DNA from: Haplodiscus bocki
Taxonomy: Eukaryota
DNA length: 64,000 bases
NCBI GenBank assembly: GCA_965655095.1
Contig: OZ296659.1
Coordinates: 18,848,001-18,912,000 of the forward strand
Reading direction: 5' to 3'
Both the position numbers and the translations under genes were made by a program. Under the pieces are notes generated by a model. The model did not search any database and was not told where the DNA came from. It worked only from the letters and a program-made list of their open reading frames with translations. The first letter of the stretch is position 1. Each line of letters starts with the position of its first letter. Shown in pieces: positions 1 to 11,885 of the stretch.

Positions 1-2804
1 ACAAGTCCCGTAGTTTTGAGCATGAAACTGAACTCGGAATAACTTTCGTGCGCGAAACTTGGAACTATCAAAGCGCAGAGTAGATTTTTAGAGTTTGTAT
101 CCAAGAACAGAGGTAACAATGGCTTAGTGTCTGAGGGTGTAACAATGCTCCTTGGGATGAAACTTTTCCAGTGGCGAAAAGCTTCTGCCTTCCATTTCGT
201 GAAGAAAATGAGGTCATTTGATTTGTAGTCGCCTACTACGTCGTCAGATTTGGTTATTACGTTGTTGATTCCATGTTCGGCCAAAAGGACGACCAAAAAA
301 TCGACACATAACGAGGTCTTGAAAAATGCCCAAACATGTAAAGCATCGAGATCAATTAACGCCAACACATCCAAAATGATTTTCTCTAAATCCCTTCGTT
401 TATTAATGCAATCCCACTTAAGTTGAATAAAATTGTCGAAAAAATTTTCGGAATTGTCACCTTTGGAAACATGAAATATTGTTTTCATGTCGCAACAAAA
501 TTTGGACGCAAGCTCAAGAGACCCACATCGTAATGACGCCATAAAGGCATTGAATCTCACAAATTGATAGATCTCGTCAAAATAGAGAAGCTCAGATTTG
601 TCAAGATCTTCGAGATCTCGTTTAAACATCTTCGTTGCAACCAAAGTCCAAAGTCTTAAACTGTGGAGTTGTAACCCATGAAAGTCAAGAACACAAGCTG
701 CATTTATCCATAAAATTAATTTTTCCAAACTCAAAATCTGGTTGCTGTTTTTCGAGCACTCATTTTCATTTCTTTCACCACTGTCAAAATTATTGAACAA
801 TAAGTTACAGTTACTTGCTAATAATTCAAGGTAATATTTTTTTGAATTGCTGCTTGAAGAATGCAGGTGCTCAACAAAAAGCAAGATTCCTTCCATAAAC
901 TTGATATTACAGAAATCCATGGATTTTGGCTCCAAAAAGGGTGCAATGTTTTCCTGATACCAATCAAACGCTTTCTGCAACTTCGCAGTACCTGGTTTTC
1001 TGAGGAGCCCATTAAACAATTTCATAAAAACTGATGAAACTTCAGATTCAGTCATCAGATTGATACCAATGACGAACTTCATATCTGATAACACCGATTG
1101 CATACTGATATCACTAATTTCATGGCCTTTCTCCGATAGAACTAGCGTTCGAAGGCTAGCTGTGAGCGCGCTTGAACAGAAAACTTTCAGGTTGTCGCTT
1201 TTCTGACAATCACTTGCGTTGCATAATTCGCGTAATTTACAACATCCCAGGTTCAACTCAAAATCATTCAGTTTTTGCAAATTTAGCCAGCATTTAATGA
1301 ACGGATTCAGTTTTTGCTGCTCATCAGAAGCAGCTATTTCAGGTATTGAATAATTTCCATCAGACACCAATTCCAAAACCAAATTCAGAATTTGTTCAGC
1401 CGTCTCTCGGTTTTTGAGCCCAATTTTGCAAACCATGTGAACTAGGTACTGAATGGTTTCTACAGAATCGAAGCCTTCTGTTTTCACGTTTGCATCATAG
1501 TTCAGCTTTATGAGAGAATTCATAGCCAGATGAACTAAATTTGTTTTAGTATCAAAAGTAAAAACGTAATGTTCTTCACTGTGATTACTTTCGCAAGATT
1601 CTAAGATATTTTTGAGTTGGGTCAAAGAAGCTTTTAGCAACAGTTTGGTAAATTTCGACAACGTTTCTGAACTTTTGGGCGAAAATAAGCAACATCGATC
1701 AACTAAAGTTTCCACTTTGTAGAGAGTCGAACCTCTGTAGTTGGACTTGTTCTTACTGCTATTTGTAACACTAGAAGTTCTAATTTGCGAAGTCGACTCA
1801 TACTCAGAGTTTGGCAAAATGTTCAAGTTTCTGCCCAGAACTTTAAGGACTGAATTGAGAACCGAAACCAAAAACGCGACAAAAGGGTAACATCCACACA
1901 AACTGTTGCATTTACTTGAAAAATCTCCAGCTAACTTGAGCATACAGCTAATCACAATATCGAATGTTTGCAAGTCTTTTAGATCATTAAAAAGATCAAT
2001 TATTTCCGCTTGGCATCTCAGAGCTACAACCATTGCTTCCAATTCGGGTTCCCAACTTGCTTTTCTCTCCAAAACTTCGACTAAACCGCTAACTAACTGT
2101 AAATTGTGACTGTTTTGCGAAAGAAGATGCAGAATTCGGTCACTCGAAAATGGTTCAAATTTCGAAACAAGTTCATTGAAATTTGAGATGCGCTTGAAAA
2201 ATTCTTCACCTTCCAATTTTTTGCCGAAACGGCCAAATTTTTGGCCTGTAATACTCGCGCTAACAACAACAAGCCAACTGATATTGATATTCTTCATTTC
2301 GTTTGGATTGGAACTTTGTAATTCTGCAACATAAGCTTCAATAAAACAAATCAGTTGCTTCAACATTTGGTTAAAAGTGTCGCAATTTAAAAACAAATCG
2401 AGTTTCGTCAATTTATCTAAAACTCCGACCCAAGACGTCAAATTTGTCATGTCCGAAACTTGTTTCCAGAAAACTCCAAGTTTGGGAACGCTCAAAAATA
2501 ATTCAATAATCTGTTTAATTTGCTCTTTCGACATAATTTGCAGTTTTTCCGAATTGATGTAAACAAGTTCATACAGAATTTTCTTCACACAATAAACTCC
2601 AACTTTTTCGCTCTCCGCAGCAAACAGTTGGTCCAAAAATAATTTATGACCCAGGTTGAAAAAATCTTTTGTAGCTAGTAGAAGCTGTGTTGTGAATTCG
2701 CAGTTCGTGAAGTTGCATTTTTTGGAGTTTTGGGCAAAAATCTGAACTACCCTCTTGAGTTTAGCTGAACAAACGTTATTATTGCTGCCACTGGAGCGAC
2801 TCAT
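1..2804 (-). CDS. Large host protein, 5' part (>=934 codons, open to window edge); Leu/Cys-rich, probably alpha-helical; identity unknown
   Basis: Manual translation from ATG at 2804 (MSRSSGSNNNVCSAKLKRVVQIFAQ...) found no stop down to position 1. It is absent from the ORF track because no stop codon falls in the window. Confidence 0.8.
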   Translation of the reverse strand, partial: MSRSSGSNNNVCSAKLKRVVQIFAQNSKKCNFTNCEFTTQLLLATKDFFNLGHKLFLDQLFAAESEKVGVYCVKKILYELVYINSEKLQIMSKEQIKQIIELFLSVPKLGVFWKQVSDMTNLTSWVGVLDKLTKLDLFLNCDTFNQMLKQLICFIEAYVAELQSSNPNEMKNINISWLVVVSASITGQKFGRFGKKLEGEEFFKRISNFNELVSKFEPFSSDRILHLLSQNSHNLQLVSGLVEVLERKASWEPELEAMVVALRCQAEIIDLFNDLKDLQTFDIVISCMLKLAGDFSSKCNSLCGCYPFVAFLVSVLNSVLKVLGRNLNILPNSEYESTSQIRTSSVTNSSKNKSNYRGSTLYKVETLVDRCCLFSPKSSETLSKFTKLLLKASLTQLKNILESCESNHSEEHYVFTFDTKTNLVHLAMNSLIKLNYDANVKTEGFDSVETIQYLVHMVCKIGLKNRETAEQILNLVLELVSDGNYSIPEIAASDEQQKLNPFIKCWLNLQKLNDFELNLGCCKLRELCNASDCQKSDNLKVFCSSALTASLRTLVLSEKGHEISDISMQSVLSDMKFVIGINLMTESEVSSVFMKLFNGLLRKPGTAKLQKAFDWYQENIAPFLEPKSMDFCNIKFMEGILLFVEHLHSSSSNSKKYYLELLASNCNLLFNNFDSGERNENECSKNSNQILSLEKLILWINAACVLDFHGLQLHSLRLWTLVATKMFKRDLEDLDKSELLYFDEIYQFVRFNAFMASLRCGSLELASKFCCDMKTIFHVSKGDNSENFFDNFIQLKWDCINKRRDLEKIILDVLALIDLDALHVWAFFKTSLCVDFLVVLLAEHGINNVITKSDDVVGDYKSNDLIFFTKWKAEAFRHWKSFIPRSIVTPSDTKPLLPLFLDTNSKNLLCALIVPSFAHESYSEFSFMLKTTGL

Positions 2805-3238
2805 TTTAGCTACTCATATTTCCATCTGAAAAACAGCATTGATTCCATATTTAACACGGTATTCTAAAATGGAATAATGAAACATCAAAGAAAACGATAA
2901 GTGAATTAGAGATTTCTCACTCAGAACAGCTGGGTCTTGATTTTTTTAGGAAATTGAGGGTTTTTGGGAAAAATTCCTACATACCAAAATGGAGTATCAC
3001 AAGTTTTTGCTTGGAAAACTTCAATGAGAATTTTCGTTTTGTTTATTGCGCACCAAATTGTACTCCAAAAATGGGTAACTCTCACGTTTGGCCAACGTTT
3101 CTGATCACACCGAAAGTTTCGACGCTGAAAAATTAATAAACGACAATGAAAATTACAAACCAATCAGATGAGACTTTGGATAACAATCAAAAATTATTCA
3201 TATGAATCAAGGATGAGAAGCATTTAGCAATAAAAAAT

Positions 3239-3645
3239 ACAAGACGGCCGGCTACCACTGGCATTTTTTCTGCCCTCCAATTTTGATACAGATTCCTTTT
3301 AAAAGGAAGGAAGCGTTTTTTTCTTAGAAAAATACTCCATATAATTTCCAATTTTTCTAAATTTACGAACTTTCCGATTTTTTGCTAAAGGAGTACACAA
3401 GTGGAAAAGGTATTTTTAAGAAATGATATCATTTGATGTGCATTTTACCGCAAATTGGGCACCTTTAATGATTTAGAAAAATTTTCGAAAACAACCCATT
3501 TATTTATTCAAAAAAACCCAAATTTTGTAAATTTTGAGAAATCTACTATTTCAATCGCATGCTAGGGCAAATTTGCTAGAAGTTGGTGAAAAAAATTCAA
3601 GCTCAGAATCTGGGCTGCCCGGACAATTGGCAAGTAAACGTAAAA
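3239..3645 (-). mobile_element. Non-autonomous Helitron-like element (3' hairpin + CTTG end)
   Basis: 3239-3264 is the reverse complement of the hairpin/CTTGT end seen at 52811-52834 (GCCrGTGsTAGCCGGCCGTCTTGT). The other boundary is approximate. Confidence 0.4.
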
Positions 3646-5082
3646 AACTTGTTCAAAAAAAGTTGAAGTAAGATGAGTACCTGTCACAGTTTTTAATACT
3701 CGAAAGATTGATCTGTCAATCACGACTTTTTAGGTTAAGCCGTTTTATAGCCCACTGTTTAAAAAAATTGCATAATCTAATACGTCACAGGAATAAATAC
3801 CTGCCACATTGTCTAATTCAAAATCTTGATCAGTCAGACAGGCCTTTTCAGGACGCAATGATATCTTTTCTTTTCGAATCAATGTTCAACACAATTAATT
3901 TTAAGAACGGAAAATCAAACAAGTACCTGGAAAAGGTCTCAAAAAGCCGATTTCGACCGTTTACATAAAACCACTGGACTCTCTGAAGACGTCACAAAGG
4001 CAAGGTGTGGTCAGGATGAAGACATAGTTCTCCTTAGGCGCGAGGAAGCCCGCACTTCGTGAAGAAAGTATTTTCTTTTTCACGACAATGAAGCTTGAAG
4101 AATCTTTTCAGAATAGTAGGCCACCAGCTTCTATCCTATTCGCTGAATTTGTAGCTGCTTCGGAAAGCAAAGTATTTAACATCGATTGAAAAAAAAACTT
4201 AGTTGTTCTTGGGCCGAAAACCAAAAATCGGGAAATATTCCAAAAGTGACCATTTTCAAAACACGGAAAGATGACACTTTCCCGCAAAAAATCGTCCTTT
4301 TTGCAAAAGCAGAGTGTCTTCTTTCGCATCAGCTTTTGATGCAACTTTCGAAGACATGAGTAGAAAAAAAATCCGGAAACGCTTCAAAATTAATTAAGTT
4401 TGGTTGTTTTAACGCATCAAAAACTCCCTAATAAATCACTGAGAACCTCAAAAACTAAAATAAATGGAAAAATTTCCAACGTGAAGCCCTATTTTTGTTT
4501 GCCTAATGTCCTGATTGGCACTAGTTGGTAGGAAATTGATACGGAAGACACAAATGCCAAAATTCGGGAAAATTACGAAAATATCTATTTTTGGCCGAAT
4601 TTAGAGCACCAAACGCCGTTTTTCAAAAATTTGAGTATTGTTACAATATTGGATGATTCGCATTGATTTACGCTGGTTGCGCCTTTGAAAAGAAAGCTGG
4701 GAAAGCAAAAAAGTGAAAATTCCGAAAAACCGAAGAGCTTTTATCGCCTGCAGAAACTGTGAATGAAACTTCAACAACATGTGTTAAAAACTTACCATAG
4801 TCAGAACAAGGAGGCGAGCCAACTTCACATACGCGGACGGATAAAATTTACACAAGACAAATATAAACACAGAGACCAATCAGTGCATCGCAACACTTGC
4901 GCCAAAGGAGTGCAAGTGAATAAATCGATTGAAAAAAAACTCAATTCTGAAGGGGCATGATACTACGATAACTACTGATAACAAGTGAACAGCAGCTCAG
5001 TTAAACCTTCTACTTTTATATACAAGTGAGAAACACTATATTTTATTATCTGTTGATATTTCAAAAAAAAGTGATTCAGAAG

Positions 5083-5160
5083 CAGCAATGGCACAGTCAA
5101 TACATCATGCGACTGCGGTGGCAGGTCCCAGGTTCGAATCCAGAAAACTCCTCCTCTCCT
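5083..5160 (+). repeat. tRNA-derived SINE-like head
   Basis: A-box-like TGGCACAGTC and B-box GGTTCGAATCC; no complete cloverleaf. Confidence 0.45.
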
Positions 5161-7338
5161 TGGTCGAAATCCAGGAACTTGTGCGAGTTGTAAGCGGATC
5201 GGAAAAAAAGACAGCAGAAGCTTGCGATCTAACACTTGCTTTTGCTTGCGCAGGTGTAACAATGGAAAACACGTTGAAACTTTGGAAAATTTGAACAACT
5301 CAGTAGCCACAAAAAACCGTTGAATTACTTGCCTCCTCGGGAAAACAGAGGGCGATGAAAGGAACCAATAGGAACTTTGCGGTAGTTTAAGGTACAGATG
5401 GGTTCATCTGTTAAGGTATTTTAGCCGAAAAAAATGTCTCATCCGAATGTTAAAAAAACGGACAAAATGGTACTTAAAACTTTCATGAACCCAATCTTTC
5501 GTAATATCCCTTCCTCAAACATTGAAATACTTAAACAAGAGACGGACGCAAAACATTCATAATACCCCTTGCATAAACTTGAAATTCTCCGAAAAAAACA
5601 CCAAAAACTTCGCGATAACTTTGCATATACCAAAACTATAACAACAATGATCCTACCGAAACTTTTAATAATCGCCTTTTTCTTACGCTAAAAAGTACAG
5701 CTCCTAGTGACATTCACGGAATCCTTCCAAAAATTATTGTTGGTTACATTTACACAAAACAAAGTTTCAAAGAAACTACCAAAAAACGCTGGAGCAAAAA
5801 TCTTCTTCCAAATGCCCAGCCAGCTTTTGGCTCAATAAATTTAAGTTGCCATATTTAACCTACTGTAGTTACATATTAAACTTTACAACTGTAATTTTCA
5901 AATTTCTGGTAGAAAATCTAGTGGCGGTAAATCCAGACAATTTAGGCAAATAAGCAATGTAGCTAATAACGTGAGCAAGTGGTGAGAGCAAGGTGACCTC
6001 TGCAAAGCCGACGTAACTAGCTGGCCACTGCATTGACTTTACAATTAGTTAACATCACAATTAGCTGCTAGCAATGTCTGGAAAAAAGTCAAGCATGTCC
6101 CTATTATAACGAATACCTCCGGCTTCGATATTAAAACTATCTATATTCGTGCATTAAAATCCTGCGGTTGCGTTTGTATTAATTAACTGTAGTTCTCCGG
6201 CAAAAAATTGATTCAGTAACGAAAAAAAAACGTGCAAAATCAACAGCAAATGTGACAGAAAAATTATGACAAGTGATAACAGTAGGGTACTTACCACCTT
6301 CGCTCGTTTGCCGGTATAAACTAGGCATGAGCCGGTTTCATTATACATTCTTCCTTTCAGTCAGGTTGTGTAAGAAAGAAAGTGAGCCAATTTCAAGTCA
6401 AGTGACAGTTTTGGAAAGCAGAGACGAAATATCTTGAGAATAAAATTCACAATGAGAAAAATTTTTATTAAGTTAGCAGCCACACGAAAGTGTTAAGTCA
6501 CTTTAACTCGGCGTCAAGCAAATAGACGTTCCCTATTAGTTAAGCTATACTAGCCGGATTCGCCAAGAATACGCATAGACAGACTGCTTGTTACAGCTCC
6601 GCAATTATTTTTCTCTCATCACTTCCAGAAGACCACAGGGCCGACCCCTTACACCGCATAATGGTCGACAAATGTGAGCAAGGTGAGCACTTCCACAATG
6701 ATCGCTTCATTGCTCACTCAATTCAAAGTAACAATAGTGCTGAGGGAAAAGTAAACGCAATGGCTGAGTGAAAATTTCAGTATATGCAAAGGGGGGTATC
6801 ACAAACTTTTTACCGTTTCAGAACTTTTGAAGGTATATGGTACAATTCGCAGCATTAGAACCACCAATTTGACGAAAAAATGGTTCTAATAGTCGGCATC
6901 TTTACTTTCGAAGCGCCGTTTGAAAACGTCCAAAAATACTCTTGAAGAATTACCTGCTTGGTAAATCTTTTCCAAAGTATAGTCTAAATGAATTCCTTAT
7001 TGGCATCTAAGTTTTTTGAACATAGCCGCCCAATGCGAAACTTCGAAAAATTTTGGAAACATTTTCATTTGCGGGCTCTCGTCGCTACTACGATTTTTTG
7101 AATGTCGCACGAAAATCCCTATTTCGGACAGGTCCCAAAATGTACAAAAAAGCGTTAGAAAAAGACAAAAGCCGAGTAACACTTTAAGTATTTCCTATAA
7201 TTAAAATCCTAAAAAGTCGTTTCTTTGAAAAGTGAACATATTTTCTTACAGCGGGCGAAAACTACTAATATTTATAGCAGTATTGTGAAAATATATTACT
7301 GTTTATAATTTTTTGCGATAAGAAGTACAGAAAATTAA

Positions 7339-9496
7339 TCAATCGACATCGGGGTCTAAATTAATCTGGTCTCCAAACTTGGAATACAATTCACTCTTGA
7401 GCTGTCCCATCTCAGTATCTAATGAAGCTTTCTCCTCTAATTTGTCACTTTTATCTTTGGTCAATTTCTCTTTTGAGGCTTCCAATCTAGAGGATGCTTC
7501 TGAGAAGTCCACATTGAAAAACACATCTCCCACTCTGTATGGAACTCCAGAGGTTCCCTCATCCGCTGTTAGTTCTAGTTCTTCTACAGCTGTGATTGCT
7601 TCCTGAAACAAGCAATCGATCACTGCCTTTCCGGAAAATTCACAAGTTTACACTATTCAGACTCGCTAGTCGATGACAAAAGGAGAAACCAGCCGGGATA
7701 GCTCAAGCCGGCGCTGTCCGTAAGGCTCGGAATATGCTGAAGGGCATCGCAAAAATTTGTTTCTGCTTTTTTTGGGAAATGCATATTACGGTACCACGAA
7801 AAAATTTGACCGGAGGTCAAAATTTTTTTCGACAATTGGTAAATTCTCGTAAATATCGTACAATTTTTGGGTTTTCCACTGTCAGAAATTTTGAATTGGG
7901 GCAAAGAATTTGGCTCTCACGAAAAATTTTGTACACGGTAAAAAATCTTTCCATATATCTATCCAATATAGGCCTTCTTTCCAGCATTTGGACCAGTACT
8001 TAGGTATATTTTGAATATTTTTGAACAATTTGTTGAAACTAAAAAAGTGGACTGTTTAACCGGGAGTTTTTCGAAATAATGTCACTGTTATAGTCGGGCA
8101 TTTTTTCTACTGGAAAGCTCCGACTAAAAACACGAAATAGGGTTCAAAAACAGAGGATATTATCAAAAATAGCAGGAGCGGAAAAATACTTCGAAGTTGG
8201 TTACAGTCAGCATTGATTCAAGCAGACCTAAGAAACATGGAAAAATACGAGAAAAGAAATACGAGTACCAATGATCTTATAAAATTTCAGCCTTTAATTT
8301 AATTAATAACTTAAGTCATTCCATTTTTGATAACGTGATAGTTTCCAAGAAATGACACTTCGCTAACATCAGTGTCGAAAACAAAATATCAATTTTGGTA
8401 CGTGCTTTTTAGTGACGGCAGCGTCACTGACGCCTAATTCAGCTCAAACGGCATCATAAGATGACTCAAAGACCAAAACCCACAATTTCTTCGTTCATTT
8501 TCAAGCAAGCTTGATTAGATTTCGGATGATTGTCAACGTGGGATTCCATTACCTTTAAATGGACCATTGTGCCATTTCTGACACTCTTATTTTTCAATTT
8601 CGATGTGCTATTTTTGGACTGAAAAAACGTACTGGAACTGCGTATTATCGTGTTTCGCGCTGGCATTTTGTGGCAGTTGCAAATTTGGAAACTATTGGGG
8701 AGTGCTGCCACATTCATACTTTGTGATGCGGCTGAGCAAAGTAAAAAAATTACATGACATTTGAAAATTTACTCCCAAATTTCATTCTTTAATTTCTGAC
8801 CTTGTGTTCTGAAGCACCTTATTTCACTTGCAGTATATGTTAGCGATGACTCCAGTGCGCTATGCACTCAATAATAATCCTATGTTACTAAAACCCTCGC
8901 GCAACGCGGGCTCCCAAAAGACTAAAAATACAGGAAGGAGGTATGCGGAGGTTCACCAGAGCAAAATGATTGACAGACTTTTCAAATAAACAATCGATCG
9001 TTTCTCAATTTTCAATAGTTTTTTGAGATGTTTGATTTCGAATTTTTTCCTAACAGTTTTTGGCCTTTTGCGAAAGAATTGTCAATTTAAGATTTAAAAC
9101 ACCCTGCATGTAAAAACTGAAGACACTGAAAAGAGTGTATTGTTTATCTCACTATCTTTCACTATGTTAATGCCGACAACCATTATCATAGGAGGTACAC
9201 AGACAAACATATAACAACAAACAACGCATACATGTAGTTACATGATATCTTCAACAGAGCATTCAAATAAAGACAGTAAATTGCTGTGTCCAAAGTCGGA
9301 TAATTTAGTTCAATTCCTGTCTAATCTGTACCTGATAATTTTCTAGTTCTCGTTCTTTGTCCGCAATGTCGGCAGCTAGGTCAACGTGTCTGGTGTTGAG
9401 ACGGGCGAATCTGTTGATTTTGTCTTGATCCTCTTTCGTCACAACTGTCGAGTTCTTAGAACCACTCACTTTTTTGGCGCCCACTTGAATTGACAT
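7339..9496 (-). CDS. PFDN4: Prefoldin subunit 4 (2 coding exons: 9496-9332, 7602-7339; 142 aa)
   Basis: VTKEDQDKINRFARLN ... VPYRVGDVF ... LKSELYSKFGDQINLD motifs typical of PFDN4; phase-0 GT-AG intron 9331-7603. Confidence 0.93.
8886..9250 (-). mobile_element. Helitron-like non-autonomous insertion in PFDN4 intron
   Basis: Minus strand reads GCCCGCGTTGCGCGAGGG-TTTTAG-T, a GC hairpin just before a CTAG-like end. 5' boundary uncertain. Confidence 0.35.
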
Positions 9497-10399
9497 TTCT
9501 AGTTAAAAAAACAATACTGCTCTGAAAAACATGAAAGTATGTGAAAGAATGCAAACATAGCAAAAGTGAAGTACGAAGACTCATTCAAAGCATAGGCACC
9601 AAGGACGCTAAGTATTGAGTTCCGAGAGTAGCATGGTCAAATACGGAACACTACATTTACGTGAAAAAAAGTTGTTTTTCAAAAACAAAACATCAATATA
9701 GCAATAAAATTTTTCTACTTTTCTACTAAAAAAACAATTGAGCGTGAAGAAATTTTGTACCTTTTAAAGATATATCAAAGTAAGAATATTCCATTTGTTC
9801 TGTCCCTAAAACAATACTAAGACACTACAACTTACCAGAAGCTAAAACTGTCCAATAAATTCAAAAGGCGAAAACTTGCAACAAAACGTCAAAGGCGGTG
9901 ACCCACTTCAAAGAAAATGCTAGCCTTGTTCACCAAGTAATTGACTGACACATCAATTTTCAACCTACACAATACTGTCGAATAATCCTGTCCGTTTACT
10001 ATGCGTTTTATTAGGGATTAAAAAGAGAAATCGAAAGTTCTTAGTGTAGTTCGGAAGCCTTGTTTACAAAGTATTTCAACAAGCCAAAGGGTTTAAGTGT
10101 AACCTTTTCCAAAAAGTCTATCACGTTGCTATGCATACACATTCTATGTATTTTTTTCGTAACGGATTCATCTCAACTGTGGCGAAGAGGTGTTGTGACT
10201 GACTTATCTATCCTTGATGTTCAAATCTCGGAATTAACCGTTTCACTAAATTTAAATTCGCTCAGGTGATTAGTTACCCATTTCCGAGCATTCAAGGTAA
10301 ATTGCCGCAAAAGTAAGGCACCCTAATCCCACGTGATGGAGTGGAGCGGGGAGAATGGAAAATGAACTCTTCATCGAGGCAAATATTTTAAAACATTCA

Positions 10400-11040
10400 G
10401 AACTCCTAAATTCGTCCTCCTTCATTACGTCATTGTTCCTGCATTTGTGGGGTTTGACTGTCTGAATCCCTTTTGTAATTCTTTATAAAGCGTAGAGAAG
10501 ACGATATTTCAGTTGATTATCGTTAGTTTCAAGCAATGCGGTTTTCAGTTAAAATCTGCTCTCCCCATTATTGTTGGGTGAGCGGATCACACGTCGTTGG
10601 AAGGCTCCACGGAGCCTTGGGCCAGAAAAGTTTCTCTCAAGGTCAATTGCAGCTCCGATGGAATGGCAACATCCTTCAAGGAAGTTGAGTTATTGCCGTA
10701 CTGCGTTGTCTTTGAATGCTTTGGGCCAAATACTCGTATTTCCCCAATCACTCACACTCAGGCCCAACGTCTGCTGTTACATCTTGTACAATTTTTCTTG
10801 GCTGCCGCTTTGAGTTCGCGGCCTCCTCTGGCTTTCAGTTCCTCTGGCTGCTTTTTATCTGGTTTGTGCAAATATTCATGCGTCGTGAAAACAAAACGTC
10901 TCCGAACGTTATTGCAATAGCTTCGCAGTCTCTTGTCACATCTCCATTTTCTACGTCTATTTTTGTTCCCGTAATAGGCAGGACAAGTAGCCTTCGTGCT
11001 TTAGTTTGGGATTTCCTTGTTGACTTCTAACAAATTCCAT
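10400..11040 (-). pseudogene. Degenerate FLYWCH zinc-finger / MULE-type transposase fragment
   Basis: MEFVRSQQGNPKLKHEGYL...KWRCDKR...H.PD...PRKIVQDV...SLKDVAIPSELQLT, with frameshifts and stops. Short repeats (TGGCAAGT.RTC x3) at ~11280-11380. Confidence 0.6.
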
Positions 11041-11885
11041 GAAAATCGCCAATTTGAGTTATGGCAGGTGCAAATTTTGAAGTGGTGCCATGTTCGAGAT
11101 AGATGACTGATGAAGTCTTGTACCTGTTTTCACGTGATATTTATGTACACCCGTTTCATGCAGAATCAATTACCAATTATTAACTGGTCGAATACACAAT
11201 AATCAGCTGAATAACTTGTTGATTTTTTATTGCGCTCAATTCTTCGTTTTGTATTTCAATCTCATCATTTCAAATTATTATGGCAAGTTGTCGCCCCGCT
11301 TTGTTTGTCACCCCGCAACCTGTTGCTTCCATCAATTTGTGGCAAGTTATCGCCTTTCGATTATAATGGCAAGTCGTCACATTGCGAATAATAATTGGCA
11401 TTTCAGACTAAAACTTCTTAATTCACGTTCTCCAGCTTCCCCGAAAAACGAACAAAAATTCCAGCACCGTCTAGTAATACTCCAAACCAATCTTGGAAAA
11501 GAACACAACTTCAAATAATCGCTTTCTCGAGACGAAAAATTGACTAAGAGGGATATTTTATTCAACTAAGGCTGTGAAAAAGAACAAGACACGCCATAAA
11601 GAGTTTCAATATTTCAAGTAAATGGAAAAATTGGCTACAAGTTTGAACTGCAGTTGACGCACGAAAACCAGCAGTTCATTTTTTGGGACATTTGGTTGAA
11701 CATCGCTTTCTTCGAATAACTGGCCGAACTCGACCTTCCCTCATTTCACTATACAACAATGCAAGCACCCGCTCTGCAACACTTTTCATAGGTCGCACAA
11801 AATTATACTTTCTGAAAATCATCAAATGCATTTAATGAGACAAGGACCCTGAATTGCCTTCTGTCCAATCAGACGTGACGTCACT

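Noticed and set aside
9497-9840. SL trans-splicing suggested by AG acceptors just before host ATGs
   Set aside because: PFDN4 has an upstream GTAAGT donor (~9836), so a cis 5'-UTR intron explains it; cannot be supported from DNA alone.
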